From Tubulanus polymorphus (taxonomy: Eukaryota > Animalia > Nemertea), in the NCBI RefSeq assembly GCF_964204645.1, contig NC_134027.1:15160485-15224484 (forward strand): 64,000 nucleotides of DNA, written 5' to 3'. The notes below the pieces were generated by a model, which was not told the origin of the DNA, ran no database searches, and saw only the letters and a list, made by a program, of their open reading frames with translations. Both the position numbers and the translations under genes were made by a program. Shown piece after piece: positions 23,984-37,517 of the stretch; position 1 is the first letter of the stretch; the number at the start of each line of letters is the position of its first letter.

Positions 23984-25154
23984 TTTTTTTGACGCCTTAT
24001 AAAACGTTACCGTTATGAAACCTAAACAATGCTAACCATTCAGCGTCATTTTACAAACGACAGCCGTAAATCGATGTGCAAAACGTCACAGGTTTATGTG
24101 TACACAAACAAGCTATCTGGCAAAATATAATTGACATAGATGTAGAATGGCTTCCTGTGATTATATAATGACCTATATTTGAACGTCGAAATGTTATATT
24201 GCATTGAATATCATTAGAAGACGTATTGTAATAGTAAAGGATGTATGATTATATCAGAAGCGGCAGGCATAAATAGAAATGATAAGTAAATCGGATTATT
24301 CGGTTAAATGGCGGATGTATACACGATTTGGAAGTCTGATATAAAAGTCAGACCCTGACGTGGGCATGCCGGTGGAATGACGAAGCTATCTACGATGTGT
24401 ATAGGGCCGGCGTGAATTTCATCAGCGGCTACAAGCGGTCAATATGAAAATGTGTAAACATATAATTTCAATATTCAAACGTTTTAGAAAATATGTTTGA
24501 TATTAGGAGTATGCAAGTTTCGTGAGATTAGCAATTTATAATAGCATAGCTGTCATATACGGCTCCGTGTCCTCTGATGGCATGTGTATTAGGTGACAAT
24601 TCAATTCCATTCTTTATTGATCCTTATTACATTGAAACTCCGGGATAAAATTCCCAAATTCAATAAATACAAATTTTAAAATAAATTAATACAACATACA
24701 TGACGCACGGGTAATTCATACAGAACAACATAAGCATGTTATTTTAAATGACAATGTCTATTTCAACCCACCCAGACTCAAGACTCTAGGATATCGAGTG
24801 ACAGCCAAACCCGTGGCCCGGGCCGGCTGGCTAGGCCACACGATATGCTCGAAGTCATGATGAAGCAGACATCAGAAGAGCTCTTTCTTCATCCATGGAG
24901 GCAATGAAGTTGCAGACCAGCTTAGAGGCATAAGTAAATGAAGTCGGTCGCAAGTTCGCGATCAATTATTGAGAATTTTCAATAAAAAAATTTAAACCGA
25001 AGACCTGTATCATCTACCCAATCGCCAAATCTCATCATTCCCCAAATTTCTTAAAACTTCGATTTCAAATTTGCAATTCCACATTAGCTTAGCCCAGAAA
25101 TTCTACATTTTTTCCCCAGGCGTCAAATAATTTTCTAGAATTAATTTTCTTGTT
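23984..25154 (+). mobile_element. Helentron-associated non-autonomous element (HINE/DINE-1-like), copy 1
   Basis: Begins in a T-run with subterminal IR tttgacgcct. The partner aggcgtcaaa (25118-25127) lies ~25 bp from a cttg|tt end with a short palindrome. No TSD. A near-identical inverted copy lies at 49337-50521. Confidence 0.72.
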
Positions 25155-26750
25155 TCTATTACAGTGCAGAATTCAAACTTTCCAAGAATCATTTGTTTGG
25201 ACATATGTATATTGCCCTATCAACAGTTCCCACTTCAAAAAGTGATTTTATCTCAGAGGGAATTTTTTTGAATTTATTTTTCCTCAAAAATGATATTTTA
25301 ATAGGTCTACCCCGTAAACCAAGCTATTAAAAAAGCCCTAGTCGGGTCCGATCTTAGCACTTGTCCGATTGCCCGATTTTTGTTAAAAGTGTAAAGGCTT
25401 CCTTACCTTACCGCTGTTGCCGATACAATCCGTATGATATCCTTCAGCTCACTTCAATCTCCAGATACTGCATGGGAATTTTGATAAATCCACGTTATAA
25501 AGGCACTGTCGAGCCGTAAACATCGGAAATTTGGCCCCGTTCAATTAGTAGCCATGTTGTGTTTTCTTAACGATATTTCTCTTTTCTTTTTGAGGAAGAG
25601 CTATCGAATTATTCCCTCTCTTCTCCACAATCAATTTCAAAGTCAATTCTATGAATTTATTGCTCAGCCGGTCCGAGTCAAAAATTTACGAGCCCGGCGT
25701 TCGCGAGTCCGACAGGTTTACGGGCATTTGTTTGTTACCTCTTTTATATTATTGATTTCTTGTTATTCCGGTTATTTCATTTAAGTATATTGCTGATCAG
25801 TTCATGTAACCAAAAGCGACAATAAATAAATTTTGAATTGATCAAGTTTAAATCAAGGTCGTTGAGTCGCAGGTAGCTACTAGAATTACGTTCGTCTCAG
25901 AGAGAAAACAAACGACAGAAAAGTAGTTTTCTCAAAAAGATGTAACTTATGTTTGAATGCTGCTTTGTAGGGGAAACCGGGGCACAGTGAAACGCAATTT
26001 TTTTGCGTCACCCAAATGAAAGATAAGAAGTAATACATAATATTTCTATATGTCACGTGATCCACATGGGCTATGTCTATAAAATAACCTTACTATAGGA
26101 TATGCATCACTTAATCTGTATATGGCCGATAGGAATTTCAAATGGAAATTGGAAATGTTCCATTGTACCCCGGATGAGGGGCACAGTGGAACATCAAGTA
26201 GGGCACAGTGGAACAGGGGTTTAAAAGGTCACAAACAAACCACTTTTTGCAAGTTTGATGAAGAATATTTGTTTTATAACCAATCATAGTCCAGAATTGA
26301 CACTATTTCGGTAAAAATGAATGTTCACACTCAAATGCATCTAAATCAAACAGACACTTGGCTAATAGAATCAGTTAACTTTGTTAACTTGACTTCAAAA
26401 ATTAATTTTAGTAATGTTAATTGATGTTGAAGTCAAGTTAACAAAATCCCAACTTAAACTAGAATTCAAATAACATATATAACATGAAATTGAATAACGT
26501 AACACAAATCTATTTCATCCATAAAAATAATCATGAAAGTTTCTCTAGGCCAACTTTTATCTACGTAACAAAGATTTATTGTTCAAATCGATAGGCTACA
26601 TATCATTGAAAAGAAATCCAAACACCAAATAATTACTTCTCATATCTCAACTAATGCAGAAGTTTAGTCTTCTATGCTTATGCCTATCGAACACAAAATC
26701 AGATAGATTTTAACACAAACATAACACATCTACACCCTAACAGTTATCAT

Positions 26751-26902
26751 GGTAGCAGGACAATTCCCCTCGGACAATTGCCCCCGGTTTATTACCTCCC
26801 GACAATTACCCCCCGCCCCAGAAAATTAGGCTATTGTTAAGGGCGCAATAGACCGGTGTAATAAACCCGGGGAAATTGTTTGGGGGGAATTGTCCTAGAA
26901 CC
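26751..26902. mobile_element. Small MITE nested in the pogo 3' region
   Basis: Imperfect TIRs ggtagcaggacaattcccc / gggggaattgtcctagaacc; internal ggacaattgcccc repeats; no clear TSD. Confidence 0.55.
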
Positions 26903-26917
26903 AAGCATCATATCATA

Positions 26918-29100
26918 TTAGCGCAAAATATCTGTGTACGTCATCAGATCGACTGGAAACATTAAATGCCTGGCAGTTCGGGCAGTTCCACCATGCTGTA
27001 GCGGTTTTGGCAACTTTCCTGCTATTTGATCAAATGTGATATCTGCAGCATCATCAACCGCTGTAAAAATAAACGTGAAAGATTTAGGTTTCTCACGGCG
27101 TAGAAATTTAACTTCAAATGTGCATTCATCATCTTCATCGTCATCATTCCGGCTCAATATTTGACCAGTATACATCACTGACTGCCTCTTCGTTGTAAAT
27201 TTCACAAGAACAAAATCACCCTCTGCAATAGCGGCAGCATCGGGAAACTCCAAATCTTCAATGTGGCTATCGGATATGGCATCATTTGAATCTGATTCTA
27301 TCATCTTCATCGTCATCATTCCGGCTCAATATTTGACCAGTATACATCACTGACTGCCTCTTCGTTGTAAATTTCACAAGAACAAAATCACCCTCTGCAA
27401 TAGCGGCAGCATCGGGAAACTCCAAATCTTCAATGTGGCTATCGGATATGGCATCATTTGAATCTGATTGTATCATGCCATCATCCTCATCATCACAACT
27501 ACTACTTGACACACTCTCTGTAGCAGCACGAGACATTTTTTTCTTTGGAATGTTTGATTGGCCAACTGGCATACTAAGTTTATTTACAGCTTTAGACGAT
27601 TTCTTGTTGGCCTTTTCTTCAATCGCTTGTAGAATATTCTGACGCACCGGAGTATCTGTGAGAATTAATGTTTTACCCTTCTTCCGGCCACCTTTTGTTT
27701 TACGTTCAGGTGCCTTTGGAAACGGACTGATATTCTCAGGGGTGACAAATGGTTTGGTAATCGCTGGAACGGGTTGCATTGCATCTGATGTTGATGGGAT
27801 AGGAACAACCTGTGTCACTGCCAAAGGTTGTTCAGTATCAGTCGCATTATCTTGATTTTCATTTGGTTGCTTGTTGCTTTCAACTCGATCTGTGACATAT
27901 GATGACATGAATTCATCTTCTCTAAACACGTTGCGAATGAAGGGAGAGATTCCTGCAGACTTGAAACCGCTGCGGATATTCAATGGAGTGAAAGCCCGTG
28001 GATAAGCGGCACCAACTATTTGTGCTATGTCATGAATGCTTATGGTGCGGCCCGGGTGATGTAGCATCCATGTATTGCAGGCTTCATTGTAATACGTTTT
28101 GAATGGACCATATACTGACCTATCCAAAGGCTGCATTTTGTGACTACAATGTGGCGGGAGGGTTAACATTACTACTCCGTTATTTTTGGCCGAGTCGATT
28201 GTTGCTAATGATATGTGTGTGTCATGGTTGTCCAATATTAACAGGACAGGCTTATCTTTAGTACACAGTTTTCTTTTATACAGTTTGGTCAGTGGTCATC
28301 CAACCAGTAGTGTATGCTACACCAACAGATTCACTCGGGGCTCCAAAAATCATAGTTTCTTTGAAGTGTACACGAGGAAACACAAAGAAAGGAGGGATGG
28401 AATTTCCGCTTGCAGATATCGTTCCCAACATAGTAACCAATGAGCCTCGTTCGGCTGACGTTATTTTACCCACTTGTTTTTCCTTTCTGCTGGCTATGAC
28501 CCTTGTGTTTCTGACATTCTGAACAGTAGTGCACCCAGTTTCATCTGCATTAAATATCTGACTCGGCGTGAATTGATGTTTTTTCATGTGTGACTCTAAA
28601 TTATCGTAAAAGTCATTCACATTCTTTTTATTGAAACTTGTCGCTCTTGAATAACTGGTTGCTTCAGGACGACGCAATGAAAGATTGGGATGGCGTTCCA
28701 TAAAACCACAGTACCAGTCCTCTCCTGCAAGGTTCTTGTTAGTCCAAGACACTGGATACACTTTATAGTTCCGAACAGCCATTTCATATGCCAATTTACG
28801 AACATCATCTCGTGACAGCCCAAACTGAATTTTTGATGCTTTCAACAAATACTTTTCCAGTATGTTTTCTTCATCAGCAGAGAAAAGTTGTCTACAATTA
28901 TACTTTGGCTCTAATGAAACGTTTTCCATGCTTTCAGCAGCTCTTGCTTTCTGCACATATCTCGACAGCGTAGTTAACTTCACTCCATCCGACCTGGCAA
29001 CTTCACGCACTTTTTTCCCTTCTTTTAAAACTTTTTTCACAGCCTCCTTCATAGCTTCACTGGAGGTTGTGCCTATCTTCCGCTCCTTATTTCGGTGACG
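26918..29100 (-). pseudogene. pogo-like transposase (HTH_psq + CENP-B-type HTH + DDE_1), frameshifted
   Basis: Motifs GEDWYCGFMERHPNLSLRRPE, IFNADETG, GWMT, LLILDNHDTH and LPPHCSHKMQPLDRSVYGPFK. There is a break at ~28270 and a 172-bp frameshifting tandem duplication near the C-terminus. Confidence 0.9.
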
Positions 29101-30475
29101 AACAATTTTTCAACTTGAAATGGAAATAACAATGGATTTGATTGGTCTTATACATGTACATGTATAACCAAACCTGACCTTTAGTCCTTAGTCTAATAAA
29201 CACCATTCACATTTAGCAATATCTAGTTAATGGAATCAAGTAAACTTTTGTTACACTGATTTACTTAGGAAATATTGGAACGGGGCACGGTGGAACACCT
29301 AACAATTTGTTCCACTGTACCCCGTTCCACTGTGCCCCAAATGTACTCATTGAACTTAAGTTACGTCATTACATAGTAGAGCCAAGCTATCTAAGAAAAT
29401 ACATGTCATATGTAGTCTCATATATCATACTTACAGACCTAGGTTTTCTGGTTTCCTTCACCTGCCAATTCACTAATAAATAACGAATAGTCAGTAACCA
29501 CAAATATTTACTCTGAAGCACATAAAGTGATAAGGGAATCCCTTATGGGTCATACTAGAGATAGAGGTCATGTTCCACTGTGCCCCGTGTTCCACTGTGC
29601 CCCGGTTTCCCCTACACCTTTCGTACATGTTTTACGCATTCACGCATTATTAATCGGTTTTTCGAGGAGCGATATAAAAAGATGTTGATAATAGTAACAC
29701 TTAAGGCTAGTTGGATTCAAAAGTGCCAACGCCAACACAAGAAGCACTGCGAAACGCAAAAGGTTGAAAGCTTGTTTTGGTCGATGGCGAGTGACGTCAC
29801 TAGTACAAATTCCGAGCGGTTCGAATCCCACAATACGCCAAAATCACTACGGCCACTATGAGCGCATATCGCATTTCAACGTTGCCGTTTAATATTTTAA
29901 AAATAACTAATGATAGTTTTATAAGGGTTAGAAGTACATTGTATTTACTGCTAATGTATGTATATATCATGTACGGTTGCGAGAAACCTCAACCTCTGCC
30001 CTGGTTAAACACGAGTCCCCTAAACTTTTAAGTTTTAAATTGTTTATAGACACTACATGTATTAAGTTTTAAATTATTAAAACTGCAAACTGTGGTTGTC
30101 ACAGATGTCACGATATGCATCTTCTTCACATCCTTTGAAATCCTGGATACCATCGCTCTCGGCTAAGACCTTCAGGTCTGTCTTCAACAATATGATACTG
30201 CACATCGCTTTAGAACAAGCGACTACCGTGTTATCAAATGTGAACTAGATAAGAAAATGTACCCCAAAAATAAATTCAAGTAAACGGATTGTTTTGAGGT
30301 TTGAATGTTTTTGTTTATTTGTTGGTTCAAATCGAACCCTCGTCATCATGATCTCCATAAATCCAGGAAAAATATTCGCACACTTAAAACAATTAAATAT
30401 AAGCAATAACCAATAACATCAGACTGGAGTTAGTAACTTAACTTAAATCACAGATACAATCCTACACAAAAAAAT

Positions 30476-30722
30476 AGTGGTGGATCCACCCCTCGATTTT
30501 TTACCAATGTAGCCGCAAATCTATGCGTTACAGAGTAAAAACCGAAATAAATCTTTCTATTAAGTATGCTCAGAATGCACCTGATTGCATCTACATGTGT
30601 ATTCTTCCAAAAAATTTTTGGGGAGGGTCTTCGCGTTATCGGTGCTTGCTCTGGAATGGCTTAGCCATCCTGTTGTTGCTGTCATTTGCCCCCCCCCCTT
30701 CAAAATGCTGGATCCGCCCCTG
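30476..30722. mobile_element. Degenerate hAT-like MITE
   Basis: Right end ctggatccgcccctg and diverged left end tagtggtggatccac; TSD not recognisable. Confidence 0.4.
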
Positions 30723-30879
30723 AACGTAGACAAAACGATCGACAAAGACATACAGAACTCTAAAACAGATGTTAATAATTTAAGCAACGATAGACACAGA
30801 CACAGCTGATTACTTTACAAACCTGTTGTCAGAACCTTAACACTTTTTACATGTACATACAGAGGACTGTTAACAATTA

Positions 30880-31520
30880 GACCAATGAAATTGCGATAGA
30901 GATACAGAACATACAGCAATTACAGTAAACAATGCAACCAATGAATTGCGATTAACTAAGACATACAGGACATACAAGACTAACTTAATTGCGATAGACA
31001 TACAGAATATACAGGACTAACAGCAGACAATTCAACCAATGAATTGCGATTAACTAAGACATACAGGACAAACAGGACTAACTTAATTGCGATAGACATA
31101 CAGAATATACAGGACTAACAGTAAACAATTCAACCAATGAATTGCGATCACGAAGACATACATGACATACAGGGCTAACTTAATTGCGATAGACATACAG
31201 AATATACAGGACTAACAGTAGACAATTCAACCAATGAATTGCGAATAACTAAAACATACAAGACATACAGGACTAACTTAATTGCGATGGACATACAGAA
31301 TATACAGGACTAATAGTAAACAATTCAACCAACGAATTGCGATCACGAAGACATACAGGACTAACAGTAGACAATTCAACCAATGAATTGCGATTAACTT
31401 AGACAAACAGGACTAACAGTAAACGATTCAACAGACGAATTGCGATCACAAAGACATACAGGACAAACAGGAATAAACCACAGTAAATTGCGATAAAAAG
31501 ACATAGAGGACTAACTGCAG
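30880..31520. repeat. ~98-bp minisatellite built from AATTGCGAT/GACATACAG subunits
   Basis: atgaattgcga recurs at 30941, 31039, 31137 and 31234, then shorter subunits follow. Confidence 0.85.
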
Positions 31521-34514
31521 TAAATATATAGGCCCTTAGGAATGCAAAATACATTCATTTTGTCGAATTTAAACATTCAGCAACTTATTTCATCATGTCA
31601 CATCCAGTTTTCAGAGGGAATTTTCTTAACTGCAGATGCCTCGAGGACGTAAACATATAGAAACATCTGTCCCAAAAAATGTCAAGTTTTTTCTTAGTGC
31701 AATGGGCCCTTGTTTCCACGTTTATATATCACATATAAAATTCTACAGAACATTTCAATGAATAAGTGAAAATTTCCGAATAAGAAACAAGACATTCAAG
31801 CAGTTGAGTTAGTTAAAATGGGACCAATCTATATGTATTATATACGGATTATACAATTTAATCAGGGACAGCTTTGAACCGAGGTTGGTGTGTCCATACA
31901 CTCTCTGAACACAGCTGCCGATTGATGGTAAGTCAAGGATGTTGAAGTGCTAAACATGGTCAGAATCATCCAGAGACATCGGCACACATCACAATAACTG
32001 ATGATTTTTACAGTTACCTGTTACATAAAAAGTGACGGTCATTATAGGCTTTTACGTCCACCATGGGAAATGAAAATATTTCTAACGTCAGGGATTCATT
32101 CGAACCTGATCAAAACGATTCAATACAAACTATTTAGGAAATCGGGTCACAATGAAAACAAAACCACCTAATATGTTCAGGAGCCTCATTGATTGGAGCA
32201 CATTTCCAATGATACCATCTATGGAAATTATCACATTCAGTTGAGAATTTGGACCTTTTCTTAGGATAAGCATTGCCGTTTTTGTGGCAGACAGGGCAGG
32301 TTTCAGCAACTAACTGAGAAGGGTTTTTTTCAACTTTTGATGACAAAAGATTATTAAGTTTCAATTTTGTTAGGTTTTGGAGGCATGCATTTCCAGGTTG
32401 ATCTATAAGAATTTCTAATTCTTTTTCACAATTGGAATTATTAATTTCTGTAATAGGAGAATTGTTGGGATAATCATCTCTATTATTATTATCGATTACA
32501 ATAGATTTTTTCTTATGATGATTATGTTCAATACGAATGTGCTTTTGAAGGAATGTTTAACTTGCATATGAATTAATAACCCCATCTGCCCAACAAATAG
32601 CACATGCGATGAATGAGAAGTGGATATATGCCTATCTAGTTCCCTGCGACATGAACAAATATATGGAGGATTTATTTTGTCTTTAATACAAAAGGTACAG
32701 ACAACACTTTAAAAAAAAAAATAAAACAGACTTCGAGTCATTTTTAACATCTGGTATTGACTCAATATCTTGGTTTGGTATCTTTTGATTTTTTCGGTAA
32801 GGATGATTTATTCTGACTTAAAATATTTGCTGAAAATTCGATACCATTGCCAGGATCTGGGTCAGTGGAGTCCATGGTTTCAATTTCTGATATTTTAGCT
32901 TTTTTACCTAGTTTGATAGCAGCACTTTCAACCATAGCAGAAAAGGATACATCTCTGTTAGTAGGTCTTATTATCTTTCGCCCTCCGTGTCTTGCATTCT
33001 CAGCATCTTTAGGCATTGTAACCTTAGGGCAGTAAGGGTCTATTACTTTAAGTTCAGGAAGGTTTATGGCAACTTGATTGGACCCTCGGCAAGCCTATGA
33101 GCCATATTGTGAGGTTGTCGTTTTGCAGGTCGTCCGCTTATTAACTTAATTCCACAGTGGCTTTCATTATGTAAAATCCTTTGAATGTGCCCTTTCCGAG
33201 CAGCATTGATATCATTCAAGCTAGCAATGTGGAAATGATCTTATCAATGAGGGTAGATGAAACAGAATTATTTTGTCGAGTAAAATTGTAAGTTGGCATA
33301 GGCTCCACAATTGCGAATTTATATGCATCAATTAAAGCCTTCGTTGAGGTTATATTGTTTTTTTGGGCAAAACAGGCAAAAAGATGTTTGCAAAAATATG
33401 GTTGTCCAATCATTATAAAAGCTTCACAAGTACATATACCTAGTTTCAAATTGATCTAATGGCAATTACCATTTACATATGAAAGAAAATTTTCAGGAAC
33501 GATTGTAATAACGTAATTGAATAAGGTACTACTGGATATTGAATCTAAATTTCCTATGTACGTTCGGCATTTTTTGAAATGTCATAATGTTCCTCAGATC
33601 TTGATACTTTATCGGAGAATCTTTCTTCTAAAACATCAAGCTGATTGAATGTATATTGAGTATCACCATTGAAAAAATTATCATTATCTTCTAACCTATT
33701 TAAGTTCTTTCGTGAAGAACTCTTCACAATAAACCAACTAGTTTCTTCATCATATTTTGAAATCTCATTATTATGTAATAAATCAAAGGCTCTTTTGCAA
33801 CACTTTTTTATCTTTTCAAGGTGACGTATATTCTTAACTCGTTGGTCAAGTTGCTTAAATTGGAGATTGTTCATATTTGTCGCTTTTATCTCATCGTTAA
33901 AAACATTTTCAAACAGTAATCGTACAAAAGATGATATCAATTTATTTAGGTGTCCAATTAAGTAGACATCATCTTTTTGTTTGTACTTGCGCTCAGTAAT
34001 ATTATCAGTTAATAGCAAAGGGTTATTTCTGTTAGATTGGTCTGACTGATAAATTGATTCAGCATTGAATGCATCAGACCAAATTTGGGAATTAAACCAA
34101 TTCTTCTTTAGGTATTAATCAATAAATAATGTTTTCGTATCCTGTGTTACCCAGTTGTGTTACCCAGTTATTGAATAGTTATGGTATGTATAGTGTTTAT
34201 ATGGTATACTGACTTCAGTCTGTTATAAGTGTGAATCATTCAGTGTTTATACTTGACTTACCCCTATAGACTGTACCTATATAAATATCTGTTTACTGAC
34301 CACAGAGAGTCCCAGCCACAGTACTTTAATGAATGTACGTGCTTTGTAATATTATACGTCTGGTGTCGTCGTTAGTTTTATGGGTTTTAGTTCGACCCTG
34401 GAGCTTGGATCCAAAAAAGAATTGGGTATTTCGGCCCTGGAGTTTCATCCGTAACATCTGCGACATAAGGTCTAAAGAAATATCATTCTCAATAAAACTA
34501 ATAAATGAATTGGC

Positions 34515-37500
34515 TATATGAAAGGCTGAATCCAAGAACATGTCTATCCCACTTTTGAGCCCAAACGTCTACTTTTACTTAGTAGCCACTTGAGAACAAT
34601 AAGCAATTAACGATATCGGCTACTTTTCCAGTAGTATACATTTCAAAACAGTCACTCTGGAATAGTATTCCTTTCAATTCGGTTGGTTTTCTATAGTAGC
34701 TGTTTCGAAGAGTCTACTATTGAAAAGTGACCATTTTGAAACATCTGGTTTCGATAGTGCACACTAGCAGTTGAGGTGACTGTAAAACCACCCGCCCGTT
34801 AACAGTGACTTTGTGATAGTAACTCCTACCATAGCAGCTACTCTCAAAACACATCGTTTCTAAAAGTTAACTATTGAAAAGTGACCATTTTGAGATCGCT
34901 TGCCAGATTCCCTGTTATAAATACACTGTAGCAACATATGCTTCAGATTTGCAGTGATACGTGACAATATAAACATACGGAAAACTCTACTCACGCTATA
35001 GTTTGGGGTATAGTTCTATTTAGAGTGACTCAGTTGAGATCTGAAGATATTGTAGATACTCTTTGAGGATGTGAAATGTAATGAGCGATTCCCAGCTCTA
35101 ACCAATAAAAGTCGAGATTGGAGTTAAATTTTTTTGCAAATTGTCAATAGTTATGTAGTTTTTAAGATAAATCAAAATTTCCTTCTTTTCATGGCGATAT
35201 AATTGAATAAAGAATTCAATTTGAACAAATGCAGCTATTTTCAAGCATAGGTCTGCATTTATTTTTGATTTAAATTCTTAGATTAAAAGCGCAATCATAA
35301 ATTCAGGCTTACCTCTCATTATTGAAATGGTGGTTTATTTTCAACGGGGGCCTGGATGTCTTTGCATCTTAAATTAAGATGTGCATTTCGGAGTGTTCGA
35401 ATTTCCCTGAATTCTAATTTCGCGAAATCATTGATTTTTTTCAAACATGCTATATCCATGTGGACTTTTAACATTCTAAAGAAATCATCAAATTGTGCCC
35501 ATATTTGATCGAATTTAATAGAAGAAACTTTGTATGGTATTCAAGATTTCATTTGGATTACGATAACGGCGTTTGGTGATCGTCCCTGGGGTCATGAATG
35601 AAGAAATCCCGTAATATAATTTTAAATATGATAAAATTTGTTAAGGTGAAACCGCAACGTTTTGACTGTAGACTAACAGCCATCATCAGGTGGAATGTAG
35701 ACATTCCTAGTGATAAGGGCTTTTAGTCAGATGGCTGTCAGGCAACAGCTGAAACGTTGTGGTTTAACTATGATAAATTTCATGATACAAAATTCTATTG
35801 TGGAATTTCTCTATTTATCTACAGTTAACACGCTTTAGAGTATTTTATTCGACTTCTTCGGGTCCTGTAGTCGTTTAGATCGAAATTTTTTTACTAATCG
35901 GCAAAGAAGGGATATACAACCGTGTTGGTCGCTATGAGAGGGATTCCCTGTATATCTGCACCTTAAACCGGTACCTTTGTTGGTTCTAGCCCGCATTCAC
36001 TTCCAAATTCAAGTATTGGTAACGTTGGTTTACGATAATTTGAGAACAAGAGTTTAGTAGGAGAAAACTGATAGTTATCTTATAATTCAGCGATTCATTG
36101 GTTCATCAATTCAGCGAAGTTCAAACACCGTACATTTTGGCATATTATTATATTGGCACCTTGAAATAAAGTTTCATAGAGATATTGCCAGTGCTGGTTT
36201 GTGGTCTTTTGGTGGCCAATGCAGTTTGTTCATTCGTTCATCAATCACTGTCTAGTTAGCCAGTGTAATTGACCTGCTGACCGATAGCTGCTGCTGGGTT
36301 TTTGATAACCTATATAAACAATTTACTTAACAAAGTAGGAAAGTATGTGAAACTAGAATTACAGCCTATCGCATTTCTTTCACATCTTAAGCCAAAAGAA
36401 GTTTTCTCTATCAAATGAAATTGCTGACTTCAAAATTAGGTGAACATCTCAACACTACACTTTTATACGCTAATTGTTTGATCTTTTACAATAAGTTGGT
36501 AATTTCAAATCAACCAAACTGTATTACTACGAAATAAGATTTTGATTATGGTATCACTTCTTGCGAGCGATAAAAAGATTCAATATTCATTAACGAACGA
36601 GCAGAGAACAGCGTGACAAAGTGAACATCACATGGATTTCTTAAAAATCGTTTGTTTCGAAATAAACAATAAATTCAAGGTTAATTCTAAGTATTTTAGA
36701 TACATTTTTTTCGTAATTCATTTTTTTTGAACATATGATTTTATTTGTATATTCCTCTCTCATATACCCTTAAAAACAAATTAAGCCTAATAGACAAATT
36801 TATTTTTTTTCTACCAGAATGTTTTATAATCGCAAATGTAAAACAAAAATCTTAAAATTCTAAGAATTCTAGGACTGGCACCATATTTTAGTATTAATGG
36901 ATTTAATCCATGATAATGTTATATGAATGAATAGTTTCCATTTTGTTGAGCGTAATATAATTTAGGGGATTCTTAGCATCTCAAAAACTTTGATTTTTTA
37001 TTCACAGAACTGTATTCAAAGCATACAGAGTTCTGTATACAAAGCATATAGGGTTTAACAGTACCTTTGAACCTGTCACGTATCACTGCAAATCTTTAAC
37101 AGATGTGGTTATTTTGAACAGGAACTAACCAAGCCATCTCAAAATGGTCACTTTTTAATAGTCGACTTTGAGAAACGATGTGTTTTGAGAGTAGCTGCTA
37201 TGGTAGGAGTTACTATCACTAAGTCGCTGTTAACAGGCGGGTGGTTTTACAGTCATCTCTACTGCTAGTGTGCACTATCAAAACCAGATGTTTCAAAATG
37301 GTCACTTTTCAATAGTAGACTCTTCGAAACAGCCACTATAGAAAACCAACCGAATTGAAAGGAATACTATTCCAGAGTGACTGTTTTGAAATGTATACTA
37401 CTGGAAAAGTAGCCGATATCGTTAATTGCTTATTGTTCTCAAGTGGCTACTAAGTAAAAGTAGACGTTTGGGCTCAAAAGTGCGATAGACATGTTCTTGG

Positions 37501-37517
37501 ATTCAGCCTTTCATATA
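34515..37517. mobile_element. Non-autonomous foldback-like element with ~450-bp TIRs, TA/TATA-flanked
   Basis: 34515-34966 is the reverse complement of 37074-37517 (tatatgaaaggctgaatccaagaacatgtc...). There is no internal ORF, and it splits the MULE-like gene. Confidence 0.85.
35600..35815. repeat. Inverted pair of PLE-type terminal fragments with degenerate hammerhead motifs
   Basis: Minus strand ccacCUGAUGAuggcugu...acagucAAAAcguug; plus strand gauggcugu...acagcuGAAAcguugugg. The flanks are also mutually inverted. Confidence 0.55.

Larger units (their letters stand above)
25970..29612 (-). mobile_element. pogo/Tigger-like (DDE_1) DNA transposon, full length but defective
   Basis: TIR ggggaaaccggggcacagtg at both ends, flanked by TA (25968-69, 29613-14). 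Multiple subterminal ggggcacagtggaaca repeats and an internal transposase. Confidence 0.9.

Noticed and set aside
30880-31520. CRISPR-like repeat
   Set aside because: The intervening sequences are themselves repeated, so this is a composite minisatellite.
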